Below, one piece after another: positions 49,701-62,464 of a stretch of 64,000 nucleotides of DNA. Each line of letters starts with the position of its first letter. Positions within the stretch are counted from its first letter, which is position 1. Both the position numbers and the translations under genes were made by a program. Source of the stretch: Phoronis australis (Eukaryota; Animalia; Phoronida); assembly GCA_002633005.1 (NCBI GenBank), contig NMRA01000499.1, positions 1-64,000 on the forward strand, written 5' to 3'. A model generated the notes under the pieces. That model saw nothing but the letters and a program-made list of their open reading frames with translations. It was not told the DNA's origin and did no database searches.

Positions 49701-52700
49701 TTCCGGAACTGCCTGCATGGTGAGCGGTCATATTTATTGAAACCGGCATTGTTGTATACCTTTTACTATTTTATTGCCACGTAGATCGAGTGATAAAGAT
49801 TGCCTGCGCTTACAGGGTCCACTCCCAAAGGGGACACCAGATGACGGAATTAAGTGCCACAATTTATCTGTTTTTTGTTATATTATGCATCCCTTTACTG
49901 ATGTCAAGGAGTGCACCTTTTGCCAAGGGCTCCGGCAATGACAAAACCAAATTCCTTTGTTATTCAGTTTCTATATGTTCTTTCGACAAGGAGGGGGTAG
50001 GTGCTGGTCAATTTTCATCCTATTGTAATACGGCAGTGATTGTCATATTTTCGTCGTTATTTAAATACGTTCACCACGAATCGTCGTAATTCCACGTCGC
50101 TCGTAACAGTCAACGCTCTCTTCACCGTTATATGACGTCATCACATTTAACGCCATTGAATTTCTCATATTCGCCATTACCATCACTGTCATTATGTCAC
50201 CACGGTGAACAACACCATCCCTACAGTCAAACCGCCACCATAGCCATTTTTAACTTGATTTGGTTCTCTTTCTTTGATCAGATTCTACTACTATCCGTAT
50301 AACGATGTCGTCTTCACTAACCCAAAGCGCGACGACGCCTGGTGCGGAATGCCTGGCAGAAGCTGCATCGACTGTAGAACCCACAACGGAAGTGCAAATG
50401 TATCACCTTCGAAACGTTGTAGAGATCGTGTGATGACGCACAGGCTGGCTTTCAGGTAGACTGTTTTGCTACTTGTTCATTCTTAGTAATTGTAAAGTTC
50501 CACGGGTGACAGTGCCATTGGCACTGAGTCGCGTTTTTATCTGCGTACAAAAATCGCTGTTATCAGTGGTATGTGAATGACAAATTTCACGTTGCTTCAT
50601 AAAATGTTTAGGTTGTGAAAGACGTACTCTTTGAAACACAAATAAGAATCAAGGTGACTGCAGAATATTTGGTGTTGCCTTCGTATATTTTCCTGACTTG
50701 TCATTGTCCACCCACGATGGTTTCCGCTTTTTAGACTCCGTCGTTTGGCAAAGCTTGTTGAGGAAAAGTGGAGTGGAGCCAACAAGCTGGTTGTTGAGTT
50801 TGCGTGGGATGAGCCAACGGAGACTGCTGGTTTCAAGTGGGGAACCTGGAAAAACGAAGAATCTCACCATCGCACGGCACAGTGAGTACACTTTGCAAAC
50901 GTCTTGCGTGAGTTGTTTGCGAATTGTAAACCTATGAACAACACATCGTGCGCTGCATTGTCTCTAAATCTTAAAACACACTGTCACTACAAATGAAACC
51001 AACTGTCCGTCTGTGAGTTGTTCGCAAACTGTTTGCTCAAACAACATTTGGTGTAGCTTTTTAATTATGCCCAAAAATTGAATCTTACCAACAGTCCTGA
51101 GCAAAATCGAACTACCATGTACATATAGTTCTCCAGGCAATTCAACTGGCAAGGGGGTGTGGGGCAGTGTTCGGGCACAGGGATCACTTTATGCACTCCG
51201 ACGCTTAAGCAGCCTAAAGTGAACTCACGTTGCGTCAAAGGCTGCCTAAATTTTCTAAGTCATGAACAGCTTCAAAGTTCTCTTCATGTAACCCTGAGAA
51301 TCCACGTCTACGCATCAATGTAAAATAAACTTTCATAATCGCTGTCATATACCATGCATTCGGGTCAGTGACAAGTACTGCATCTAAACATTTCCAAGCC
51401 TTATTGAACAAAAGCATTCTAATAGCTTTGACGTCTAGATTGACGTGCTGTTCATCAGATAGCCGTGTCAATTATTAGGGGTGTTGAGACTAATTGTGAT
51501 ACTATCGAATCGCAACACCGGGTCGATACCTATTTCAACACAATTAATAATGTTGACAACAATCACAAAGTCACTTGAGTACAAACGTCAAGCAAGCGAA
51601 TGCCGCTTCGAAGAAGTGCAGTAGCGAGGGAGGGATCATTAATCTTTTGTTTTTCATATACACTTTCATTCCTAATAGATTTAATAACTTCTGATCAATC
51701 TTGGCTATAACCTGGTGGTCATGGCATCAAACACCCAGGCTGTTGTATCTCCTGAACCCCTTGCAGGACGTTCATGAATATTTTTAGATGTAAAGAAGAA
51801 AAGATATTCTTACACCAAAGGAAATATGGTATCGTTGTATGAAACTTACAAGGATCCTACAACCGTTGTGCCCCCTGGTGGCAATATTTCATTTTTAAGC
51901 GCCCACATATTTATATGTGGACGCATTATGCGTCATCTCCGTCGGTCCGTCCATCCGTCTGGCGTCCGCTGCTCTATCTCCAAAACCCTTTGTTGTACGT
52001 TCATGAAGTACGTTCATGAAGTTTAAATTTGGCACATATGTTCCTTTTAAGGATGGGACGGCATGAGCAAAGTTTCGGACGGATCCGACTACTGGTGTGC
52101 TCCCTGGTGGCAATTTTACCTTTTAACGCTTACTGCTATGTCTTCAAAGGTCCTCAACATATTTTCAAAAAGAAATTGGCATATAGAAATCTGTGACAAG
52201 TGAGATGACGCTATCAGAGATCCTTCCGTTTTCGGATGGATTTGACGAAGTTTGCGACACCTAGTTGCCATTTTTGCTGTTTTCGAGTCTGGTTGATAGA
52301 GGGGTGGACGCCAAAAAACAAACTGCTCTGAGGATGATTGTTAAAACTGGCATGTATGCTCTTACTCTGAAAAGGACGTCTGACGATGATTTTCCGACGG
52401 TTTCGTGTACTGTGGCGCCTCCTAGTGGCAGGGTTTTTTGCACCCATGGCTGTATCTCCTAAATTGTTGGCAGGATTTTTACTAATTTGAGCAAGTGTAT
52501 TTATATGATGTTGACAATGGATGACGACTTTCGGCAATTTCATTTTTTACGTTTACCTCTGTATCATCAAAGGTCCTCAGCGTATTGTCATAAAATTTGG
52601 CGTATAGGTATCTGTTAGTGATATGACGCTATCATCCTGTTTCGGATGGATTTGACGTGGTTTGTGCCACCTAGTGGTCATTTTATCGTTTTTAGTCTGT

Positions 52701-55700
52701 TTTTGGCGTCCATCCCTCTATCAACCAAACGGCTCTACGATGATTATGAAAATTGGCGTTTATGTTCTTACTACGAAGCTGACGATGATTTTCCGACGAC
52801 TTCCACTACTGTGACGCCTCCTAGTGGCAGTTTGGTTTTTTTGGCTGCATCTCTTAAACCGTTTGCAGGATCTTTACTAAATTTAGCAAGTGTATTTATA
52901 TTATGTTCACAGCGAACGACAACAACTTTCGGACGGATCTGACTACCAGTGTGCCCCCTATTGGCAATTTTAGTCTTTTGTGTTTAACTCTGTGTCTTCA
53001 AAGATCCTCAACAGACTTTCAGAAAATTTGGAATATAAGCATTTTTGGTGAGAGGATGCTATCATCCCGTTTTCGGATGGAATCGAGGTACTTTGTGCCA
53101 CCTAGTGGTCATTTTTTTCTGTTTTCGAGTCTGTTTTTGGCGTGCACCCTTCGATCAACCAAACCATTCTAAGGATGATTTTGAAAATTGTTTTGTATGT
53201 TCTAAGTCGGTGTGAAGAGGGCGGTTGACTATAAAGAATTCGATTGCTGTGGCGCCTACTAGCGGTAGTTTTGTTTTGTTTTGCAAGTTTCATTGAAGAG
53301 AAATTGATCAATGCTGGTGGAAGATCTTTCTACCCAGCAATCTGCGTTTCAAAAACGATTTTTCAACAACTACGCATGCTCTCGTGACCACGAGGATGGC
53401 ACGGTGTTGTGAACGATGTGAATGGCTTTGCCTCGATTCCTATGTTAAAAAATGTTTGTTTTATCACTTGGAAGTTGCTGTTGCTTCAACGTTGTAGGGT
53501 GAATCATGCTTGAAGTAGGGGTACACGTAACCTTTAACAAATTGTTTATTATTACCCCACATTTTGACTGGTTTTCTATTACGAAGCCTCCTCGCACGAC
53601 TAGAACCCCCTTTTGTTATAGCCATAAGGGCTCCGCGGAACTAATCCATTTGTCGTCTTTCCTTTTCGCTCTGCCCAGATGATGCTATATGAATTTAGAG
53701 GTTATCTAGGTAAGAAGAGTTTTGCAGTTGCTATGCGACGACATCATTGTTGTATCCGTATGTACCCAGCTTGTGTCTGAAAGCTTGAGACCAGGCGTAA
53801 TGCGCATGTGCAAACCATTTTTTGACAAACTGTGATTATGTTCATCGACTGTTTTTACTGAACGCGAAACTCGATCTGTAGCTACTCGTTTCTGATTACA
53901 GGGCACTATGGCTCAAGTTGACAGGGAATGATGGCGTAGGTAAACTCGTTCAGTTGGGTCAGCTTGCTCAATGTGCCGGCTTTGACTTCGTCGAGTATCC
54001 TCCTCCTCCTAAACCTCAGGTCATTTGGGTGTGCGTCAAGAGAGAAAACAAACCTCGTTCATTTGTTGTGCCTTTCCCAACGGCACAATTACAAGCGACA
54101 AGACCGGGCTTTTTCGCCGTCAACAGCAAGTACGCCTATCCAGGCAGATGCGATGAGAACATTCCTTGGTGTGGAAAATTTGATCCAAAAAAGGAACCAT
54201 ACCTTAGCCAGTTTTTCGACTCTTCAATCTATGAAACTACTAAACTTGTCGGCAATTTAACACTAAAGAATTTCACCGAAGAGCGCTTCGTTAGGATCGA
54301 CCAGTACCTCGTTGAGTGCGTCGGCAATCTAATAGCGAAAGGCGGCCTCAATATCCGGGTGACAGCTGGATTCAGAAATCAGCTGGACAACGAGAAGAAT
54401 CGAGAAACGAAGCACGATGAAGAGAAGATACGTCACCAGTCTGGTCACGCTGTAATTGTCGAAATGGCCAAGGGAACGACAGGTGAAACTGAACTCATAA
54501 CAATTGGAAAGGTTTGTTTATTTGATACCTGGAGTACTATGTACGACTTTTTCAATAAGAATAATTTTTTGTTCTGAACCGTTCTTCATTTCCTAAGGTA
54601 GTTCTTTTTGTTGTCATTATTTCAATGAAGTGTGTTTTATGTTCCCAAAATCATTCACTCTGGAGCAACGACTGCCGAAAGGAAGGGCGGACCAAAATTG
54701 AGAAGGACGGAGACAACTGGGAAGGGTAATCTTAGGAAGAGGACAGACTCAACTAATGAGAAGAATGGGCGAGAAAAATAATGGGACCGGAAAAGACCGG
54801 CCATTTTGCCGTTTTGCGATCTGCGTCGCTATACCGGAAGTCATTGCAATTTGCATTTGACGGCAAAATGAATGCGGTTTTAAAAAACCGCATTCAGTTT
54901 GCAGTTATATTACTAAAGATGTACTTCACACGAAACAAGTAGAAAATTAAAATTTCTTGTAAAAGTTCAATCCAACTCCCGCAAATATGGTTCTACCTTC
55001 ATTTTACACTGTTGTATCCGTCAACAACGGTGGTCACGTCAAAAGCTGATAACCACTGTAGATTTTAATGGTGTACTAATAAATAAAAGATGGCACTACT
55101 TTCACAACCCCATCTTTTCATTACATGCCCTCCTTCCCGTTTGTGAGCCCGTTTTTTATCGAAGGTCCGCCATTTCTATCGACTGTTCAAAATTCACTTT
55201 GGACGGCAAAGTTTGAAAACCTGACGGGTCAAATTATCCTTGCTTTTACCTGATGGACATCGCTCTTCAAGTTGAAGAGATCGGGGTTACTGATATTGCA
55301 ATCGGTGTTCAGTGACTAACGTGTCTGACAATAAGAAAATGTTCAAGGTAACGGTGTTCAGTCAAACATCAAACATTTACATCCAGACGTTATTGGACAA
55401 CTTGATCATGTTGTCTGTGAATGCGGTTCCAAATAGTCACAGCCGTGCCGTGACCATTTGAGCCACGAATGCCGGTCCACTGGACACGGTGGGATGTTGT
55501 GGTCATTTTGGCACATCTATATAGGCATCGCTTAGAACACGCATAGAATGACAGACGCTGCATTTTTTTATCAAAATGAATGAAAACATTTTTTTTATTT
55601 CCAGGCTGTCATTAAAATCTGTGGCAACCAAATTAATCCTCAACAACGTATGTTGGGGATTGGTGTCCATAAGAACGAATTATATTTCGACTTCCGCCCT

Positions 55701-58700
55701 AAGCCATGGACAGATCCGCCATCGGTGCAGGCCAAAATGTGGACTCACGATAGCGGCAGCGCAAAAGTCGTCACTGAACTAGAAAATTGGCTAAAGGTTG
55801 TTCAAGGTAAAGTGTCAAAATGGAAGGAAACTGTACTTTCACAAGAGCTTCATTAATACAAAAAAGGTACCCAAATAATAAATATGTGGGCATATAACAA
55901 ACGAGACTCCAAAAAGAAATGGGACATGCTTCATGAAAGATGACTTCAGGCTACGTTAAGACAGGCAACGTTTCATGAAACAGGCCCGTGGAATGTGATC
56001 AAGGATATTTTCGGGACAAGTGGCAACTTCTCTAAATTACGACAAACGTGCCATGTTGAAAGCCTGTTCCAATTAAAGCAGTGCTAAGTGGGAACATTAT
56101 TTTTTGCAAACTTTATTCTGCTTCCTAGCAGTCAGCATCAATGTTGAGCTCGTAGCGTCGGCGACCTAAGAATGTTAAACATGATATTCCAGTAGCCCTT
56201 GACTGTTTTGATGGACAATGTCTTCAATAGGCAGCAGTCAAATTTTGCATTCGGGGTAAGTGTGTACATCGGATTTCTAGCTAGAGAGAGTGATCGCGAG
56301 GCCTCGCGTGAGCAAAAAGGTCTTCAACATGCAAGCGGACGCCTTCCCTATTGCCGTCAACAGACCGTTCTATACAACTGGAATTTCGTGCTTAGCAAAA
56401 CTTTTTACTTAATTACTGTATAATCACATTCATAAGAAAAGGCAAATCTATGCCCGTTATAGGAAACTTGCTTGCCAATCCTCACTTTGATTCATTTTGG
56501 AAAAAGTTTAAACGTTGAACTTTCCGTCAAAAAGTCAAGGAATCGCGCGCAATGAATTTGTTGGCTTTCGTATGCTTTCTATGGACACTTGTCTCACCGC
56601 GTGCTTTGTTTAGCAATGTAAACCAAAAACTAAATTAAGTTACCATCCCGATACGTTTGCGTTTTAGGTGGTCCGGCAATCTCGGCTCTTGATGTCGATA
56701 CAGCATGTACCTTCAAGCTAGGGGAAGAAAACTACTATTTCAACTTTAAGACAGATGCTGGATTGTAAGTACGGGGTCTCCGCGTCCAAAGTGTCAGAAA
56801 TATGTAATATAAAATCAAAATGACCAGTTGTACAGTAACTCAGCAAAATGAAATTTCTCCAAGCATGTTGCGCACATCAAAGTTTTACGTCGCAATTGTT
56901 TTTCATTTGTTTTTTGCGACTACCTCTCGATCTTTCCTCCAGGATCGTTATAAAGTGTGGCAGATGCTTTCCGGCAAGTCCGACTACAACAGATGCAATT
57001 TTCTTTTTCCTCCGCCATTATCTACCAGGTTCCTTGTTGTATGAGATTTGACTTGTATGTTCTTGTTGAGAACATAATAATGATTCAGCCGCTCACACAC
57101 AAAGCTGTTTGCTTTGTGCGACTTGCTCACAGCGCCACACTTCGGTTTGAAGAATAGTTAATTTTGTTTTCTATAAAATCGACTAAAAGGTCCTAAACAA
57201 CTTTCAGAGTAGTCTCAAATGTCAAATGTATCAAACTGATCAAAAGCGCTTCCAAGGTCATAAACAGAACTACTTTCATGTTGCAGTTCAACAACGTCGA
57301 AGCGCCAGTGCAATTTTTGCAGAGATCTAAAAACAACATCTTCTTGAGTTAACTGTCTTGACTACGAGCCTGTGCTTGCAGTAGTCTTCCTAAAACTGGG
57401 GGTACCATTCTCTCATAATACAAAATGCCAAATTGACAAATACGACTTTAAAACGCTCTATTTCATGTAAAACATGCAGTTTACTCTCGACTTTTGCACC
57501 GTGTATGTATTTCTAGTTTGAACTAGATTAACCCTGGATCAGGACTTTAGGCTCATGTCCGTGTCAGAGTAACATTAAGTGGCTTTTCAAGCTGCGAAGT
57601 TAAACGTGATGAGTTTTAAACCTTAATTGACCTGTTTCGATGCAAACTCGATTTTGTACTCCACACTTCCAGTTTTGCCGACCGCGACTGCACCAAGAAG
57701 AAGTACTCCACCGAATTTTGCAAGAAGACGCAATCATACAGAAAGAAAGAGATGAAGAGGGTGGAAGACATGTTAAAAAAGAAAGCTCAGCTCACTACCA
57801 GCCATCGAGAGTACGCAAGAGTGAAAAAGGCACTAACGGGATGTCTCGTTGACGATTGCAATGAATGTAACGAAGGTTAGATACTGAAGTATATTTTACG
57901 AAATGCATTAAGGCCTAAGACTAAAAGCTTCGCTTGCATTTGTGATTGATAAATTTAGCATCAAGTGACCTTGACTATGGAATTCCAAGCCAGTAAGTTG
58001 GTAGCGCGTGCGGGTTTTACACGTTTACGCATAAACGCCTGCAGGCTTTACACTTTTACGCGTGCGCACGTATAGATTTTACTCGTTTACGTGTTAGGCG
58101 AACTTTTAAATTGACGCGGCTTGTTATTCCCGAGCCGATAAGATTACGTCAACGATCGTGTAACGTGTTGGTTAGTTAGTCGTCCACATACCCGTAATTA
58201 ATACCCCCACTTGACCCCTCCACTAATGTGTAAAATTCAGACTTGTACTCGACAATGACTGACAGGGAAAATCATTCGGCAGGCACTTCATGTCAATCAT
58301 ATATAACTTGGGTTCAAGCGCCTGCGTTCAGGTACCAGCTTAGGTCGCGTTAACTCCTCTTTGCAGCGCATTAACCCATTACAAAATCGATTAACGCTTA
58401 AGTGATTAAACAAGTAAAACCCGAACGATTTATCTACTGACAGGCTTGGAATTCCATACTTGACTGCATTAGTCGCTTAAATAAAATTTATGAAGGATGC
58501 CACAGTCAAGGTCGACTGTTAGTTAGTATATTTTAATTATACTAGATATTAGAATAAATATTCTGTCAATTAAGGCTTTTTGACCCAAGATCACTGGTGG
58601 CGACTTCTGGTATACAGCATGCAGACGATACTGTCCTCTGAGTCTGGTGATTATGTGCTCATTAAACTTCTACAGTATGCAGACGATACTGTCCTCTTTT

Positions 58701-61700
58701 AGACGGAGACCAAATTGTGAAGAATTTTGAGAAAAGCACAAACTTTGCAAATTAACTACACTTCTGACGTTCAACTTCGATGGATCAAGTTTCCTATAAC
58801 ACAAAGAATATTAGGTTTTAACAGACTTTTGACACCTCTAATATTTATTCATGTAAGTTTTTTTCTGAACAACGAGGATTTGATGCATCATTTTTGGAAT
58901 CATTGTTTTGTATCCTCTTTTTGGTCGAAATGTCGATTTATGAATTGAAGAATTGACAACGCGAAATTTGAGTTGCATCGACGCAACTATCCTTTATGTC
59001 TTGCTAAACTTTATAACTACAAACAAAATTTCATAACTCCAGACCATGTTTTACCTAGTTTAAAGGATAGATTTTTATTATAATGATGTTGAAAAGTTCA
59101 TTTTGCTTCAGAATTCTGAACATCTGCTATAAAATGAAATATGGCGCCCCCTAACGTTTTGTTTCGTAACCCTTTGTTTTATTGGTCCCTGGTCTGAAGG
59201 AGAGCGCATGGCATGTTCGTTATCATTGTTACATTTCCAGTTAATGTTTAATAAACTTCCTTAAATAATATTAACGGCACGAAGTAGCTGTTTACGTAGG
59301 TTAATTGTTTAATTTTAGTCATTCATAATTAATTTTAGTCGTTAATCATTGATTTACTTGCGTAATTTACGCAACACGGCTTTTGAATTAAAAGTCGAAC
59401 ACCACGTACTGGACGGGCGTCTCATATAAGGGCGTCCAGTTTTAACAATAAGCTATCCTAATAATGGAATACTGATATCATTGTTATGTAATATTCCAGG
59501 GCCAGTTTGGACAAGGAAAGTAGAGAACTGTATGACCGTCTTGAACTTTTACAAGAACAACTCTGGCAATCCATTCGGAAATCTAGACAAGTTAAGCATT
59601 TACAACATGAATACCGAATCAGCGATCGACAGTGTCAGTTCGTTTGCCTGTGACACCAAAAAATATTTGTGTGTGGAAAAAACGGAACTGTTTGGAATTT
59701 TCGGTAAATCTATGTTCTTAAACTCATGAGCATTCAGTGGCGGATTTAGTGGGGGGCCAAGGGGGCCATGCCCCTCCCCTAAAATTCTACCAGATAGCAT
59801 TTGGTAGTTCGGGTGCGAATTGCTGACAAGCACATGCGCGCAACCGGGGGGGGTTTTGGGCGCTCGCGGGGTGAATAAACAATGCATAGGCCCTAAACAA
59901 ATCCCGTTTACCGTTTTTTTGGTTATTTTAGTCAAAAGGTCCGCAAGCCCAAAAATTCGAGACCCCACATCCCTACATTTTAGGCTTGGCTCGCGCATCT
60001 GCCGAAATTCTGGTGTTATTCCTGTGCCCTGGCCCCCTAACTCAAAATCCTGGATCCGCCCCTGGATTTGTAGTGTAAGTTCGCGGCAAAGCAGTTTGAT
60101 CGAAGTATTTTTAGACATCCTGTTTTTCTTGCATTGTCGTCGCTTGTATTGATTGTTAAACAAAATATATTCTTGCTGATAAATTTAGGAACTCCTGGAA
60201 ATTTTTTGCCATATTATTGGAATCCATCAGTGATTTGTGGCTTTATAACCAGGGCTCTTGAGTCACGGATTCGGTGAACGAAATGTAGGCGTGACTTTAA
60301 CAGCCGTGCACTCTATAATGCATTTTCTCTAGGAAAGTGGTGACATGGCTTCCTTATCGTGCAAGTGTTGCAATTCTGTGGAACCAAATATCCCAACGAT
60401 TAGGCGAAATTCATCCACATTCTCATGAGGCAAATATAGGGAGACAGTTTCAACACACGGTTTTGTAAGGAACGCCACTAGCGTCACCTTGTGACGGTTT
60501 TTTTTTGGCACGTGACGAGTCATTTCTAACACGCTGGCGCGTCAGTGATGCTGTCGATGTTCTTAAAAAAACCAATCAGTGTTAAGGTTATACAATGTGT
60601 TGACCAAAGCAATGAGATCTTCATGTTTTGACGTGACTGACAATTACAAAGAAAGCATTTGACACAAAGAAAAAATATAAAATATGGCCAGCACTGCGCA
60701 TGTCTCGCACAAAAACTACCTACACAATGTCCTGTTTCCACTGAGCAAAACTAGTACATCTTCACTGATTAAGCAGACAGAACCTACAAGGACTCAACAA
60801 CTGTTGGCACAGCACTGAGAAAATCATCCAAGGTCACAGACATGAAGTCCTCGTCACTCACAGCGTTGGCCTCGTTTATTTGGATAAATAGTCTTTCGCT
60901 TATAACATTTTTGACTGTACATGCGACTCTAACGCAGAAGCCACCGTTGTACTTTTGCAGTGTGCTACACTCCTTAGATGTTAACTTGTCCCTTGTTGGT
61001 CAAATGCAAAGTGGAGGGCTAATAACCTTTTAGGATAGTCAGATGTTGGGTCCGTTGGGACGTGAACTGACTGACATCGAAGCATACATCATTGCTAGTC
61101 AAACCACAACGTCTTATTGGTCGCACAGTATTGAGACGGTAACTTGACACACTTGGGAAGTACCTTTCGAGTCAAGTCTGACGCGCTTCGATGATTCGTA
61201 ACGTTTCAGAAAAGACCCGTCACAAGGTGACACTAAGGGCGTTCCGTAATTTCGAGTTGGCCACGCCTAGCACGTATGCACTGGCGTGGTAGAGAGAAAT
61301 GCCCCTTAGCAGAGCTCGTGTATAGAGAGTTGCCATGACACCGTGCATTCTGAAAAACTCGGGAAAACACAATGTCACGCAAATTTTCGCAGAGATATTG
61401 TTAGCTTATATCCCACTGATCTTGGCTTCGCTGTTCTTATCCTGGCGATAGTGATATTTTGCGATTCATATGAAGCCTAAGAAATGCTAATTAGGTCAAG
61501 CCGAAATCATCAATTTCAAACTTCGGTGGAGAATCTTTTACAACCGGTTTTAAACTCCATCTTCATTTTAGAGGCTACTCATGCAAAATGAGCTGCGTTC
61601 AGCTGAGTTTTTTTACCACATTTCAGCTCCAAGTGTACGTGCGCGCTACAAGCCAAATAGGGATAGGAGTATTGAAGTTGAACTGTATGGTGAGAAAAAC

Positions 61701-61814
61701 CCTTCCCCGCTTCTGGAAATGATACATCAGATGTTAGCCATGAATGCTAAAGGAAACGTGACTGTGTTTATTGACAAGTACGGAGACCTGGGGATCATGA
61801 AGAAGCTGATGAAG
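34725..61814 (+). CDS. Copy B: tandem paralog of the same gene, exons 1-20 (terminal exon beyond window; exon 3/4 junction lost at an assembly N)
   Basis: Exons: 34725-34919, 38212-38462, 39219-39557 + N + 39559-39588, 40018-40276, 41273-41403, 41658-41761, 42975-43112, 44152-44358, 45474-45697, 45884-46231, 47880-48039, 50282-50455, 50735-50881, 53902-54511, 55605-55806, 56668-56764, 57673-57875, 59500-59703, 61627-61814. Exon lengths and phases equal copy A except exon 10 (+3 nt) and the exon 3/4 gap. I saw no stops or frameshifts. Confidence 0.88.
35137..35172. repeat. (ATT)n microsatellite, longer than the copy A counterpart (~1516-1530)
   Basis: TATTATTATTATCATTATCATTATTATTATTA. Confidence 0.8.
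41924..42071. mobile_element. hAT-type MITE (148 bp), copy B-specific
   Basis: Termini CAGCGCTCGA...TCGAACACTG with a perfect 8-bp TSD GCAATGGC (41916-41923, 42072-42079); copy A has a single GCAATGGC at ~9586. Confidence 0.88.
47172..47639. mobile_element. Nested MITEs, copy B-specific: outer element with TIR CGTTCAGTAACGCTAGGACCT, inner CAGGGGCGG..CGCCACTG element at 47307-47613
   Basis: The inner element is flanked by TCCTA on both sides and splits the outer right TIR (AGGTCCTA|GCGTTACTGAACG). Confidence 0.85.
51892..53285 (+). mobile_element. Helentron-associated (HINE/DINE-1-like) non-autonomous element with tandem internal units, inserted in an older relic also seen in copy A (~19975-20300)
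   Basis: T-run start, 5' hairpin GCCCACATATTTATATGTGGACGC, (GTCC)-type microsatellite, and repeated AAATTTGGC / CCTAGTGGC units. Confidence 0.65.
57964..58515. mobile_element. Partial TIR element with TTTACACGTTTACGC subrepeats (left part also in copy A 25150-25490)
   Basis: TATGGAATTCCAAGCC near 57977 is inverted as GGCTTGGAATTCCATA near 58443; the copy A left end CCAAGCCTGTCAGTAGATA matches TATCTACTGACAGGCTTGG. Confidence 0.55.
58600..59260 (+). mobile_element. Degraded L1/Tx1-clade LINE fragment, copy B-specific
   Basis: IKLLQYADDTVLF (RT YADD motif, ~58661-58699; locally duplicated at ~58612), then LRWIKFPITQRIL..LMHHFWNHCFVSSFW resembling the C-terminal zinc-knuckle region. Confidence 0.65.
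59735..60064 (-). mobile_element. MITE of the same family as 47307-47613, opposite orientation, copy B-specific
   Basis: Ends are CAGTGGCGGATTTAG...CCTGGATCCGCCCCTG. The internal sequence is a reverse-complement homolog of 47307-47613, and the element is absent from copy A (~25865). Confidence 0.85.
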
Positions 61815-62464
61815 GTAAGTTGATGCTGGAAGCCGCCACATTTGATGAGTTTTTGACCAACTCTTACCGCTTTAGAGTTTTTTTTTTTTTTTGGTTATGA
61901 GAAACACAGATAAAGTAGGTCGTCAGTACTGTAGCGACAAAAGCATCACCGACACATGTGATTTCATAAAACAAGAAATACAATAAGACGGCTATGCCGG
62001 TGATATTTATTAAAATGTCCGTACGCTCCTACCGCCTTTCGTCAGTAGCATAGCGCAAGTGAAATAGGTTAGAGAACGAACAAGGGCTAACAATGTACAT
62101 GAAATCAGAAAAAGGATAAATGCTTGCATGGAACATTGGTTCTGCTGTGGCACGATAACTTTTGCGTTTTAAATGCACTCGCGAGACCCACAATCGCCTG
62201 AGTAAAAATTCGACTCAATCACATTAAAAGGCGATATGGTATATGAAGCTTCTCGTTTGGGATGCGCGGTGAAATATAAGTTATGTTGGACCATCTCTAG
62301 GCGTTAGTAAAAGTCGAATTTCGTTACCTTGACATCATTTTTGACTTGAAAATGATTCTTTCACTGTTGTGTTAATGGAGACGCGAACAAAGAAATGCAC
62401 GTGAGCTCGGGAGGGATGCTACACTCTATGAATTTAATTATTTTGTCACGAAGTAACTTTTCAT

